Of a DNA stretch of 50,401 bases, positions 15,330 to 24,156 are shown one piece after another. A program made the position numbers and the translations under genes. A model generated the notes under the pieces. That model saw nothing but the letters and a program-made list of their open reading frames with translations. It was not told the origin of the DNA and searched no databases. The DNA comes from a virus, in IMG/VR virus record IMGVR_UViG_3300028549_001760, one strand, 5' to 3'. Positions within the stretch are counted from its first letter, which is position 1, and each line of letters begins with the position of its first letter.

Positions 15330-16201
15330 TTGTCACTCGGCTTATACAGGCCGCATTTGCCATCGACACACACACCGCACTTGACTACGGTTTCTGCGCC
15401 CTTCTGGTCGGGGGTCCGGATCTGTCCTGTCCCACCGCACGCCTGACAAGTCAGCATCCGTTTCGGGGTCCAAGATAAAAGCCGCTCTTTCATTTCAGAA
15501 ATGTTCCCGATCATGTGGCCGACAGATTCCGGGGTCGTGGAGCCGCGGGCCTTGGCCAGCCTCATGTAGATGGCATCCATGAACGATGTCAGTCGGTAGA
15601 CGTCCTCAAGGTAGAAGTATTTGCGCTTCTCCATGATGTCGGCGACTTCTTCATTCACCGCGGCTTCAATTGGTGGTTCGATGCTTTGCGCTTCCTTGTA
15701 CGCTCCATCAACGCTCTTGTTGAGACGCTGGCGGAGCCTGTCTGCCTGGTCCGGATCCGATTCTTGCATGGCGTCTATGGCTTCAACTACCTTCTCTGCC
15801 TTGCTGAATGTTCGGCCGGACATCCCTATTTCTTTTCCGATAACGTCCCGGGTCCGTTCTCCACGGCGCGCCGAGATCTCCTTGAGTCTGGTCCCTTCTC
15901 TGACCTTTTCCTCGATGGTCTTGGACCGATACTGGTTTGACAGAATGAGGTACTGTAGTTCGTCATCCTGATTATCAAAGCTCTTGAATGATACGGGAAC
16001 TTCGTCCAGGGAAAGTTTGACGGCGGCGCGGTACCGGCGGTGGCCGGATATAATCACGCACTTGTCGTTGACGATTATCGGGTGGAGGATTCCACTTTCT
16101 CTGACGGAATTCTCGAGCTCGAGATCGTCAATTTCCGAGGTGAAGTAAATCTTCCCGTTTGCGGGATGCTCTGATAGAGCATTGAGCGGCATCATTGGCA
16201 T
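15326..16201 (-). CDS. ParB/Srx-fold nuclease-like protein with a C-terminal zinc-finger
   Basis: IIVNDKCVIISGHRRYRAA contains the ParB N-terminal GHRR motif. The C-terminus CQACGGTGQ...KCGVCVDGKCG resembles a DnaJ-type zinc finger. Confidence 0.7.
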   Translation of the reverse strand: MPMMPLNALSEHPANGKIYFTSEIDDLELENSVRESGILHPIIVNDKCVIISGHRRYRAAVKLSLDEVPVSFKSFDNQDDELQYLILSNQYRSKTIEEKVREGTRLKEISARRGERTRDVIGKEIGMSGRTFSKAEKVVEAIDAMQESDPDQADRLRQRLNKSVDGAYKEAQSIEPPIEAAVNEEVADIMEKRKYFYLEDVYRLTSFMDAIYMRLAKARGSTTPESVGHMIGNISEMKERLLSWTPKRMLTCQACGGTGQIRTPDQKGAETVVKCGVCVDGKCGLYKPSDK

Positions 16202-16210
16202 GGCTTTCTC

Positions 16211-17638
16211 CTAGAAAATATCAAAGGCTGAATCGGCGGCGGCTTGTTGGGTAGGCTTCGCTTCAATCACTTTCGGAGCGGGAGCAACCCAGGGAGCGAC
16301 GTCCTGCTCCGGAAGCGCTAATGGCTTGGGAGCATCTTGAATAAGATTGTCTACGCAGATTGCACCTTCCTGAATCATGACGGCGTCAGGTACATCGCCT
16401 GGCTTATCAGACATGATTTCCATGAAGATCTGCAGGTCATTGTCCCTGGCAAACTTCGCCAGTATCTCTTGGCGCTCGGTTCCAATCGATTCGCCACGAT
16501 GGATATACAGGAAGCGGGCACCGCCCTTCGGGATTGAGGCAGCGCAGAACTTGGCTGCGGCAACAAGCTTCGCCGAGGTAGAGCCATTCTGCCAAAGGGA
16601 ATCACCGATCATCACCTGGCCGTCAACGATTTTAACATCCTCGGCCGGTAGGGTAATCGAACTCATGGCTTGCTGGCGTCTGGCCTTGGTATCTTCAAGG
16701 GCTTTCTTGCGCGCCTCAAGATCCTTTTCCAGGGCTTGCTTTTGTTCCCACCACATTTGGTAAGCGCGGTGCGATTCAGTATTCTGCTGGGCCGCTATGG
16801 CACGGTCCATCTTGGCCTTGATGTCATCCAGGCCGGCACGGTCCGGAGCCGGGTTCTTTTCGTACCAGGCAAGGCCGTCTTGTTTAGATTGCATGGCCAT
16901 TGAAAGGCGAGCTTTCTCGGCGGTCAGCTTTTCTTCCAGCTCGGTGATGTGTGCGGTAGATTCCGTGATGATGGTATTTACCTGGGTCATCCGAGCAGCT
17001 GCCTGGGTGTGGCGGGCGACAGCTTCGTTGTAGATCTTCGACGAGGCTTCGTATTCATTGGTGACAGTCTGGAGGTCCAGCGGTTCGCCACCTTCGTATT
17101 CCGGGGGCGGCACTTTGTCACCCAACGCGTTAATAGAGCGGCGTGTGACAGTGACTTCGTCCTGGGCGGAAATGATCTGCTTATCCAGGGAGTCTAGGTC
17201 AAGGCCAATCCAGGTGGACAGCATCTTGAGCATTGCTTCATTGCTGAAATCAAGTAACTCCTGGGGGTCTTTGTAGGCCGCTGACAATTCCTTGAGGAAT
17301 GTAACAGCGCCGCCTTTTACCGGGGCTCCGTTAAAGCGGACTTCGAGGGAAGTCTCCTGCACGCCGCTTTCATTCTTGATGATCATGCGGTTGATTGAGT
17401 ATCCGCCGGAAGTCTCGATCTTCACCGTGCCACGTTCTTGGCCGTGCTTGATGATGTCCTGCGGCATGGACTTCGCTGAATCGAAAGCCAGTTTTAGGCT
17501 ATCGATCAGGGTGGATTTCCCACTTTCGTTAGGGCCGGTGATTTTGACCAGCTTGCCATTCGGATCAAGCTTCAAACTGGCGAACTTGATTTTGCCGATG
17601 TTCTCTACCTGCAGTAGAGTTATTTCTCCGATTTTCAT
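16211..17638 (-). CDS. SMC/SbcC/RecN-like AAA ATPase with a central coiled coil
   Basis: Walker A is GPNESGKST near the N-terminus. A long heptad-like middle section (EEKLTAEKARLSMAM...) follows, then a C-terminal ATPase half. AGGAGG lies upstream. Confidence 0.7.
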   Translation of the reverse strand: MKIGEITLLQVENIGKIKFASLKLDPNGKLVKITGPNESGKSTLIDSLKLAFDSAKSMPQDIIKHGQERGTVKIETSGGYSINRMIIKNESGVQETSLEVRFNGAPVKGGAVTFLKELSAAYKDPQELLDFSNEAMLKMLSTWIGLDLDSLDKQIISAQDEVTVTRRSINALGDKVPPPEYEGGEPLDLQTVTNEYEASSKIYNEAVARHTQAAARMTQVNTIITESTAHITELEEKLTAEKARLSMAMQSKQDGLAWYEKNPAPDRAGLDDIKAKMDRAIAAQQNTESHRAYQMWWEQKQALEKDLEARKKALEDTKARRQQAMSSITLPAEDVKIVDGQVMIGDSLWQNGSTSAKLVAAAKFCAASIPKGGARFLYIHRGESIGTERQEILAKFARDNDLQIFMEIMSDKPGDVPDAVMIQEGAICVDNLIQDAPKPLALPEQDVAPWVAPAPKVIEAKPTQQAAADSAFDIF

Positions 17639-17758
17639 GGGTCCTCCTACTTTACGATTACAGTGATCAACAGCTTGACGGCTGCGATTACTCCGGTGAT
17701 TGCCAGCACGCCGATGATGGTCATCAGCGCGGTGGCAATAAGAGAAACGTAAAAACTA

Positions 17759-18670
17759 TCACGCTTGCTCTTCGGGTTCTGCAATGGGCTCTCCTTTCAG
17801 GAACGGATTGTCGCCAATCGCTCGACAAGCGCCGGCCACTTCGCAGTAGCCCTGGCATTTCCGGCCGTCCCAGTTTTCCTCGTTGGAGCAAAGGGGCGGG
17901 GCAATGTCACCGCTCATTGAGCCGATGATGGCGGCAGAACGTGCCTTGATATAATTCCAAACCTTCTCGTCGTCCGCCAGTGGGATCTCGAAGGTATAGG
18001 TCTTTTGGGTAACGCTGCGCTGGGTAGCCGCTATGGTACCGCCGTCACGGACGATGGCGAAAATGAACAACCGCTTGGCCTCGATGCCTAACACCTTCTT
18101 GGCCAGGACGCGATAGATATTCAACTGCCTGGTAAAATCCTTGATGTCCGCCTTCTTGGGATCCATCTTGGTTACCTTGTGAGTCTTGGGCTGGCCGGCG
18201 CGGGCTCCGGTCTTGAAATAGACTGGCTTCCCATCTTCAAGGATCGGCTCGTCCTCGCTGTAGATGCCGAGGCATTGCTGTACCTTGTAGGATCCTACCA
18301 CTTTGTAGTCGGTGATTGCCATTTCGCCCATCATCGGGCCGAATAAGTCAGAGCGCCCCTGGATTTCATCCGTCTCCAGGGAGATCTCTTTCTCGTCAAG
18401 TTCATGAGCTTTCGTCTCAAGCTTGGCGTGGGCATTGGTACCGATGATTCGGTAGGCAGCATCTTCCGGGTCCACCGAGAAGTCGAACTTTTCTTTGAGC
18501 CACAATTGTCGAATACCGACAAACAGGTCGGTAACGTGCGGCTTGCCGTCCCACTTGCGGGAGTCAGCGGCCACTTGGAGGTAGCCCAAAGGGTAACGAG
18601 TGGGTACCTTGCCTGACAGGACATCGGCAGCGGGGATTAGCACGCCGTCGATCTTGAAATGTGTCATCAT
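17759..18670 (-). CDS. PD-(D/E)XK exonuclease, Cas4/RecB-like, with a C-terminal Cys cluster
   Basis: RSDLF...ITDYKVVGSYK gives the D...D-x-K pattern. The C-terminal CSNEENWDGRKCQGYCEVAGAC is a Cas4-like Fe-S type cysteine pattern. Confidence 0.65.
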   Translation of the reverse strand: MMTHFKIDGVLIPAADVLSGKVPTRYPLGYLQVAADSRKWDGKPHVTDLFVGIRQLWLKEKFDFSVDPEDAAYRIIGTNAHAKLETKAHELDEKEISLETDEIQGRSDLFGPMMGEMAITDYKVVGSYKVQQCLGIYSEDEPILEDGKPVYFKTGARAGQPKTHKVTKMDPKKADIKDFTRQLNIYRVLAKKVLGIEAKRLFIFAIVRDGGTIAATQRSVTQKTYTFEIPLADDEKVWNYIKARSAAIIGSMSGDIAPPLCSNEENWDGRKCQGYCEVAGACRAIGDNPFLKGEPIAEPEEQA

Positions 18671-18879
18671 TCCATGCCTTCTTTCTTCGCCTTCTCGTTG
18701 GCGATAGCAGCTTCAAGCTGCTCCATCTGCGTTTCTACCGGGCCAACGATTTGGAAATCGCGCCGGAGTGTCTTGCTCGGGTCAGATCCAAACGCTCGGC
18801 CGCCTTTCATCTTCATGGTCAGGCGATAGCGCAGGTCAAGGAGTATAGCAAGCCGGGATAATGGCTTCTTAGGATTCAT
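18667..18879 (-). CDS. Hypothetical 70-aa basic protein
   Basis: ORF track. ATGA-type overlap with the downstream gene start. Confidence 0.45.
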   Translation of the reverse strand: MNPKKPLSRLAILLDLRYRLTMKMKGGRAFGSDPSKTLRRDFQIVGPVETQMEQLEAAIANEKAKKEGME

Positions 18880-19738
18880 TCACACCTTTCTTTCCGGCTA
18901 GCACTCTAGCCTTTTCGACTTTGCTTTTTATATGGGGATGCTCGTTGAGTATCTGGTCCCATCCGTTTTGATGCTGCCGACTATGGCAGGATCGGTGAGC
19001 GCGTAGCCAGTTCCAGGGTTCCTCGTAGTCGCGGACGTCAGAGCCGGCCGATACGATGTGCATCCGTTCGAGCGGATCATATTGGCTACCGCCAGTACCG
19101 CATACCTCGCAGACCGGCCTTGATTCGCAGTACCGATCCCAGGTCATCCCCTGCTCATGCTCGAATAGCGGATCATCGTCCTTGTAGCGCCAGGAATACC
19201 AGGCTTGCCACAAGTTCACCATGTCACCACCGATAGCAGCCATAACATCAGGGGAAATATCCATCTGCCCGAGCATCACCATCGCGTATTCTACGCAGAG
19301 CGCAAGCTCCTTGGTGTCCATCATCGAAGTACGCTTGAACATCACATGGCCAGTTACCGGGCTGGTTATCTGCGGGGCTGCTCCTTCAAGCACCGCCTCA
19401 TGGATGAATTCGCACTCACGATCGGTCGGCTTCCTCCGCAGCATCGCCCAGGCTATAAACCGTTCAAGCCCCCGGAGTGTCCTGTTTTGATCTTGCGACC
19501 TGTGCGATCCGCGGTTCTCTAATTCTATGAGCGGGTTCTCAAGAAAAAGAAAATTGACTTTGCCATTGTTGTCTTGAGCGACAACGACTTCCCCTGAAAT
19601 CGTTATGTTCATGGGGTAGCCGTTGCCTTCAAGTTTTGCTGCGTCTGCCTTTTTGAGTAAAGGCCGGATCCTTTCCAGATTTTTCCCAGAGAAAAAGATC
19701 CAGGTATTCGGAATTTCACCGACGCATACTGCGATCAT
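18869..19738 (-). CDS. Protein with a C-terminal HNH-type nuclease motif (NinG/DUF968-like arrangement)
   Basis: CEVCGTGGSQYDPLERMHIVSAGSDVRDYEEPWNWLRAHRSCHSRQHQNGW contains C-x2-C...H...N...H-x3-H. ATGA overlap with the erf stop. Confidence 0.55.
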   Translation of the reverse strand: MIAVCVGEIPNTWIFFSGKNLERIRPLLKKADAAKLEGNGYPMNITISGEVVVAQDNNGKVNFLFLENPLIELENRGSHRSQDQNRTLRGLERFIAWAMLRRKPTDRECEFIHEAVLEGAAPQITSPVTGHVMFKRTSMMDTKELALCVEYAMVMLGQMDISPDVMAAIGGDMVNLWQAWYSWRYKDDDPLFEHEQGMTWDRYCESRPVCEVCGTGGSQYDPLERMHIVSAGSDVRDYEEPWNWLRAHRSCHSRQHQNGWDQILNEHPHIKSKVEKARVLAGKKGVNES

Positions 19739-20337
19739 AGGGTCACAAAGTACGCGGCAGCCGCGCGGATTTGCTCGACATCGGATTCAGGGATAGCCGA
19801 AGCTTTCGTGAACAGAGCGGCGCCCTGCTGCCCGGTTATCTTCCCCTGGCGCTGGAGTAGGCCAAGGTAATCCATCAGTTCTGCCTTGGTGCTGATGCTG
19901 GCGGCGGCCTTCTGCACCTGCTTCTTGTCAGCCTCATTGTTCTGATCTGACGAGGCCAGGTCCGGGTCATCCGTGGTAATCAGGTTAAACGTCTTGAGCA
20001 GTCCATACTTCCCTGCATAGGTCATCGCCTTGCCGGCGTGCTTGTCGCTGGTATCGTGGCCGGCGCCGATCGATCCAATGATTTCGCTTTCCCCGGTTTC
20101 GGAGTCGACAAACTTGTACTTACAGGTGGCTACCGCCACATTGCCGACCAGCTGGACCTGGGCGTCGATCGGGAAATAAAGCAACTTCTCCCGTACCAGG
20201 AGCGGGCGGATCATTTCGAGGACCGCGGCTTCGGTGGTCACGTTATAGCCCTGGCCGCTTTTCATTTCGATTCTTTTGTCCCGCAAGACATGGCTGGTTT
20301 CGTCCATGATGCGTGCGAGCTTTTCATACAAGCCCAT
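19735..20337 (-). CDS. erf: ERF-family single-strand annealing protein
   Basis: I moved the start to ATG 20337 (MGLYEKLARIMDE). DKHAGKAMTYAGKYGLLKTFNLITTDDPD matches the ERF core. The track extension MIVEIFPQGGF is the palindrome read as protein. Confidence 0.8.
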   Translation of the reverse strand: MGLYEKLARIMDETSHVLRDKRIEMKSGQGYNVTTEAAVLEMIRPLLVREKLLYFPIDAQVQLVGNVAVATCKYKFVDSETGESEIIGSIGAGHDTSDKHAGKAMTYAGKYGLLKTFNLITTDDPDLASSDQNNEADKKQVQKAAASISTKAELMDYLGLLQRQGKITGQQGAALFTKASAIPESDVEQIRAAAAYFVTL

Positions 20338-20347
20338 GAAGCCTCCC

Positions 20348-20365
20348 TGTGGAAATATTTCCACA
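20348..20365. promoter_or_regulatory. 18-bp palindrome TGTGGAAATATTTCCACA, copy 3
   Basis: Perfect palindrome. On the minus strand it abuts the SD: CCACAGGGAGGCTTCATG. Confidence 0.8.
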
Positions 20366-20366
20366 A

Positions 20367-20558
20367 TCAAACGGTGAATGGGACAATCAACAATCCTTTC
20401 GTTCCATCATCCAATTCCACCGCGAACATTTCGGCCTTACCATCAAGGCCAGTGATTTTTTGCATAGCCGCCGGGACGATAACGTAGCGGCTATTTCCTC
20501 TGGATTTTTCTCCACTTACCGAAACGATTGCCCGGTCTAGCTTATTCTTGATTGTCAT
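20367..20558 (-). CDS. AbrB/SpoVT-like small DNA-binding protein (tentative)
   Basis: 63 aa. SRYVIVPAAMQKITGLDGKAEMFAVELDDGTKGLLIVP resembles the swapped-hairpin pattern (IPkeirk.lgl..gd.v). AGGAGG lies upstream. Confidence 0.4.
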   Translation of the reverse strand: MTIKNKLDRAIVSVSGEKSRGNSRYVIVPAAMQKITGLDGKAEMFAVELDDGTKGLLIVPFTV

Positions 20559-20632
20559 AGGTCCTCCTGCCCTAGAATAATATCACGAAAACAATCGCAA
20601 GTGCAAGTAGAAAAAGAAATGCAAGGACATTT

Positions 20633-21064
20633 TTAATCCCCATAGGGTTCTCTTTCTCCCTGCAGGTCTTTGTCAGGGTCCCATGACTTGAAGATTACCT
20701 CCGGAAGATCAGGCTGGCAGCAATATGCAGCGGTTACAAAGCCAGGATAGTTCGTCCCGCAAATTGGGCAGGTGAAATACGGGGCTTTGGCGGGGATAGA
20801 ATACGGGGCGAGCTGGACTGATTCGGCATATATCGTTCCGTCAGACAGCAACTCTCCGATAACCTTGAGCCGCGTTGTGGGTGAGGTTCTGATAATGGCG
20901 CGGTTGATGCCAGCTCCGATGAATATCGTTCGCGTGCCTCTCACCCAGCCATTGGGATACTTCTGCCAGGTCCGATATTTTATGGACAGATCGAAAAAGT
21001 TTTGATCATCGGAAATCTCTCCGATAACCACCCCTATTACCTCAACTTTGTTTGCTAGATTCAT
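20633..21064 (-). CDS. Hypothetical 143-aa protein with a C-terminal zinc-ribbon-like CPICG...CC
   Basis: I chose the ATG 21064 start (MNLANKV) after AAGGAGG. The track ORF extends to 21241 without support. Confidence 0.55.
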   Translation of the reverse strand: MNLANKVEVIGVVIGEISDDQNFFDLSIKYRTWQKYPNGWVRGTRTIFIGAGINRAIIRTSPTTRLKVIGELLSDGTIYAESVQLAPYSIPAKAPYFTCPICGTNYPGFVTAAYCCQPDLPEVIFKSWDPDKDLQGEREPYGD

Positions 21065-21186
21065 TGGACCTCCTTGTTGAAAAAACGCTGAGGATTGCGT
21101 ATGACGCACGCAAAACGCTATCGAGGGGAAATTAGACGGCTTTCGCTCCAGACCCCCTGTTTTTGCAATCCTCAAGCAACGCTGCA

Positions 21187-21435
21187 CTACTTTGAGTAGT
21201 CCATACAAAGCTGTTTTGCGCCAGCGGTGTATTTCTTCCACAAGCTGTCAAAATTGTCATCAGCTTGAGCCGTATAGGTCTGCTTTGAGACAAAGGACCT
21301 TTCTCCGTATCCGTCCTCAAAGAAATCCGAAGGGGGACAGCCCTCGGTATCGCGGTCGACAATTATAACGTCGACCGTCCCATCAGAACAAATGTGTTGA
21401 ATGATCCCGCCTTCAACGGTCAGGATGATTTTCAT
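21187..21435 (-). CDS. Hypothetical 82-aa protein
   Basis: ORF track. AAAGGGG lies upstream of the ATG. Confidence 0.5.
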   Translation of the reverse strand: MKIILTVEGGIIQHICSDGTVDVIIVDRDTEGCPPSDFFEDGYGERSFVSKQTYTAQADDNFDSLWKKYTAGAKQLCMDYSK

Positions 21436-21453
21436 GTAACCCCTTTCTGTGGA

Positions 21454-21957
21454 TTAAATCCACGCCGGCTTGACGGTGGTTTCAGGAAGCCCCATCAGCC
21501 AATCCAATACCCACTTGGGCACTTCTTCGTGCAGCCATTTGGTGCCGAACTTGTATCCGCAGATCGGGCAGGGTCGAGACAGCAATCCGCCGTTCTCGAC
21601 TCCGTTCCACATCATCATGTTCTGCTGGATGCGGTTGGCTTCAGGATCGATAAGCCAGTCTGAATTCCAGCCCATCGCCCTTTGATGCTCACACCCGCTG
21701 CGCATATCGTTCAAGTGCCAAGCATCCCAAATAGCATAGAGGTTATGCGCCATGATAGAGTCCCAGCCAGGGTTGAACTCGCGTATATCGAGTAGCGCGT
21801 CAAGGCATTGGCCAGCGCCGCCAACACAATCTCCATTGTGCTTCGGGCCTTCAACGCCAGTAATGGACAGGACGTTCACGCCCCCTTTGTCCTTGATGAT
21901 GACGTTGATATACAGCGACCCATACTTCGTTCGACCTGGGTTCAAAATCCGCTCCAT
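21454..21957 (-). CDS. Hypothetical 167-aa protein
   Basis: ORF track. AAAGGAG lies upstream. The protein is Trp-rich with CPICG near the C-terminus. No family recognised. Confidence 0.6.
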   Translation of the reverse strand: MERILNPGRTKYGSLYINVIIKDKGGVNVLSITGVEGPKHNGDCVGGAGQCLDALLDIREFNPGWDSIMAHNLYAIWDAWHLNDMRSGCEHQRAMGWNSDWLIDPEANRIQQNMMMWNGVENGGLLSRPCPICGYKFGTKWLHEEVPKWVLDWLMGLPETTVKPAWI

Positions 21958-22036
21958 ACAAACTCCTTTCTATGGCTTTTCGCCAATTGCACCCGGGCAG
22001 ATTTGGTCCGCGCTCACGCTTTACCGGGTGCTACTA

Positions 22037-22414
22037 TCACATTATCTTTTTATATTCTTCAACAAGGGCTCTGATTTCCGGACTGCCTTCGGCCGCGCGC
22101 TCAAGGTAGGCTAGCTCGTCCTGAGCTTCGAGGATCTTGTTGATCTTCTCGCGCAAGAGTATCTTGGCCTTTTCGTTATCCTTGGCCACCTTTACCTTGG
22201 AAGTCAGCTCGATGACGCGATCGATGGCAATTTTCTGGACGACGACCTTGGTGGCCGCGGCATTGAAAAAGCCATTGTCGACACGCGCTACTCTGGCAAC
22301 TGCCAAGAACTCGTTGGCCTGAACTACGACGATGTCGTTGACTTCAACATCCTCGTCGCAGAAGTAACTGTAAATCTTGTCACATTCCGCGAAACGTACT
22401 CCTACTGTTTTCAC
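22037..22414 (-). CDS. Hypothetical 125-aa protein with a C-terminal coiled coil
   Basis: GTG 22414 lies 7 nt after AAGGAG (VKTVGVRFAE). The track ORF extends to 22465. Confidence 0.5.
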   Translation of the reverse strand: MKTVGVRFAECDKIYSYFCDEDVEVNDIVVVQANEFLAVARVARVDNGFFNAAATKVVVQKIAIDRVIELTSKVKVAKDNEKAKILLREKINKILEAQDELAYLERAAEGSPEIRALVEEYKKIM

Positions 22415-22625
22415 TGATTTGCTCCTTTGCCTGGATTTCCCATCTGCCTGGGATAATATTATCACCTATGTCGCACCAGAATCGGCCGGATCGATCCCCC
22501 TTTCCAACTCCGACGATAAAATTGTTCCTTGCGACCAATTCAATAATGACTTTTTGTTCATCACTTATTGGCTTGGGCACATACTGATATTCAAACACAA
22601 CAGAAAACTCGGCTCGATAAGTCAT
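22380..22625 (-). CDS. Hypothetical 81-aa protein
   Basis: ORF track. ATGA overlap with the upstream stop at 22622-22625. Confidence 0.45.
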   Translation of the reverse strand: MTYRAEFSVVFEYQYVPKPISDEQKVIIELVARNNFIVGVGKGDRSGRFWCDIGDNIIPGRWEIQAKEQISENSRSTFRGM

Positions 22626-22996
22626 GGCTTGGCCTCTTCAAGGAAGTCATTCCCCTTGCTGATAACGGCATCTTCAAAACCGTTGAAATCAGCAAAGCCG
22701 ATCTCGTCGGGCGTCCAGATAAAAACCGCATACGCTTCGTTGCGCATGGTTTCGTGGAAAGCCGAGACAAGCGGCCCCATTACCGGCTCAAGCCTTAGCT
22801 CTTCTCTGATGGCGGCGCCAAGCACCGCAGGAGTGAGAAGCTGACTACCGATAAGGGTTTCGTATTTCTGGATTAAGGCCATGATAATGGTCACGGTCTT
22901 GATTGATGGCGGCGGCTCGTCGTCGAGTCCGTACTGGGTTAATACCGCCTGGACCAGTTGCTTGGCAAATACCATTTGCTCTTCGGTCGGTACCAC
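22622..22996 (-). CDS. Hypothetical 124-aa protein, first gene after palindrome copy 4
   Basis: GTG start after AAGGAGG: CCACAAGGAGGATTTAAGTG. Confidence 0.55.
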   Translation of the reverse strand: MVPTEEQMVFAKQLVQAVLTQYGLDDEPPPSIKTVTIIMALIQKYETLIGSQLLTPAVLGAAIREELRLEPVMGPLVSAFHETMRNEAYAVFIWTPDEIGFADFNGFEDAVISKGNDFLEEAKP

Positions 22997-23008
22997 TTAA
23001 ATCCTCCT

Positions 23009-23026
23009 TGTGGAAAATTTTCCACA
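23009..23026. promoter_or_regulatory. 18-bp palindrome TGTGGAAAATTTTCCACA, copy 4
   Basis: Perfect palindrome that abuts the SD of gene 22622..22996. Confidence 0.8.
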
Positions 23027-23053
23027 ATAGGACCTGACTGCAAAAAATTGCAC

Positions 23054-23113
23054 CTCGGATATATTATTAAGAGTATTATAATAATATATATATACTCTTA
23101 TAATATATCCGAG
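23054..23113. repeat. AT-rich 60-bp inverted repeat (about 22-bp arms, 15-nt loop) flanked by direct repeats TGCAAAAAATT
   Basis: The left arm is ctcggatatattattaagagtat. The right arm atactcttataatatatccgag matches its complement with one extra T in the left arm. TGCAAAAAATT occurs at 23039-23049 and 23115-23125. Confidence 0.85.
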
Positions 23114-23134
23114 ATGCAAAAAATTACCGTCGGG

Positions 23135-23437
23135 TCACTCTGCAGCACCTAGCCAGCGCACCGTTCCAAGCGCTTCAAGCTCGGAAAGGAAGCGGTCGAC
23201 TAGATCTTCCGTAGGCAAATAGGCCGGCGTCTGGATCACTCCGTTGACCATATAGTCTACTTGCCAGAATCCTTCCTCGTCCCAAATTGCGCCTTGATGT
23301 TCGATCGACAGGATGATGAACTCACGAGGCCCGGTTTCACCTTTAGGCGTGGCCGGAAATAGGATCAACCAAGTGAAGGCAATGGCGATCACCATGGCCA
23401 GGACTGCGAGAAATGCGATCGTGTTATCTTTAACCAC
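23135..23437 (-). CDS. 100-aa membrane-anchored protein
   Basis: GTG start overlapping the radC end. The TM segment is IAFLAVLAMVIAIAFTWLILF. Confidence 0.5.
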   Translation of the reverse strand: MVKDNTIAFLAVLAMVIAIAFTWLILFPATPKGETGPREFIILSIEHQGAIWDEEGFWQVDYMVNGVIQTPAYLPTEDLVDRFLSELEALGTVRWLGAAE

Positions 23438-23891
23438 GCAGCACCGCCGGTTCTTCTTCTCTGATTGAGTAGAAGCCAGACCGGCTAATGATCAAGTGGT
23501 CAAGCAGCTCGATCCCTATGATTTCGCCGGCGTCTCTGATGCGTTTGGTTACTTCCCGATCCTCACCGCTCGGGGCCGTGGACCCGCTAGGATGGTTATG
23601 CGCCATGATAATGCCGGCGGCGTTACGCTTGATTGCTTCCCGAAAGATTTCCCTGGGATGGACTATGGTTCTGTTCATGGTCCCAATCGATACGATTTTT
23701 TTGCCGGTGACAATATGGGCGCCGTTCAGGAATAGGACTACCATGTGTTCTTGGGTTTTGTTCCCGATCATCCTCATGGCGATCTGGTATGCTGACACAG
23801 GGTTCTTGATGACGTTGGCTTCGCGGACCTCACACAGAGCCCGCTCCAAGATCTCGATTGACTTGAGCGAATTGTCGTATTCGAGGATCAT
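23430..23891 (-). CDS. radC: RadC-like JAB/MPN domain protein
   Basis: HNHPSGSTAPSGEDREVTKRI is the JAMM-type motif characteristic of RadC. AAGGAG lies upstream. Confidence 0.9.
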   Translation of the reverse strand: MILEYDNSLKSIEILERALCEVREANVIKNPVSAYQIAMRMIGNKTQEHMVVLFLNGAHIVTGKKIVSIGTMNRTIVHPREIFREAIKRNAAGIIMAHNHPSGSTAPSGEDREVTKRIRDAGEIIGIELLDHLIISRSGFYSIREEEPAVLRG

Positions 23892-24154
23892 TCGACTCTC
23901 CTTGCTATGATTACTCGGTAAGTGAATCGGGCGTCCATCCCTAAGTCGATAATGGCCTGGGAGTTCGGCGGCAAAAGGGTCGCGCAGGGGTAGATCTTTT
24001 TGCCTTTGAAAAAGCTGCGCAGCGGTTCGCTTAGTTCATCTTTGCGGACCGTCTTGAATGCAGCCTGGTTGAGGGGCGTCACCAAGTCGGTGTCGAAAAA
24101 GCTCCCCGCGTTTATCCAGTTAACGTCCCGTAATCGTTCGAGGTGCATCATCAT
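23888..24154 (-). CDS. Hypothetical 88-aa protein
   Basis: I chose ATG 24154 (MMMHLERL), 2 nt after the upstream stop. The track start 24184 is also possible. Confidence 0.45.
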   Translation of the reverse strand: MMMHLERLRDVNWINAGSFFDTDLVTPLNQAAFKTVRKDELSEPLRSFFKGKKIYPCATLLPPNSQAIIDLGMDARFTYRVIIARRVE

Positions 24155-24156
24155 AC

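Noticed and set aside
17647-17724. 25-aa hydrophobic mini-ORF (MTIIGVLAITGVIAAVKLLITVIVK) between the nuclease and ATPase genes
   Set aside because: It is too short to support from sequence alone and has no clear SD. It is noted only because the 120-nt gap is otherwise empty.
21449-21463. GTGGATT-A-AATCCAC palindrome resembling the main motif
   Set aside because: It is a single occurrence with a different spacer and arms, and it overlaps the stop codon of 21454..21957. It cannot be distinguished from chance.
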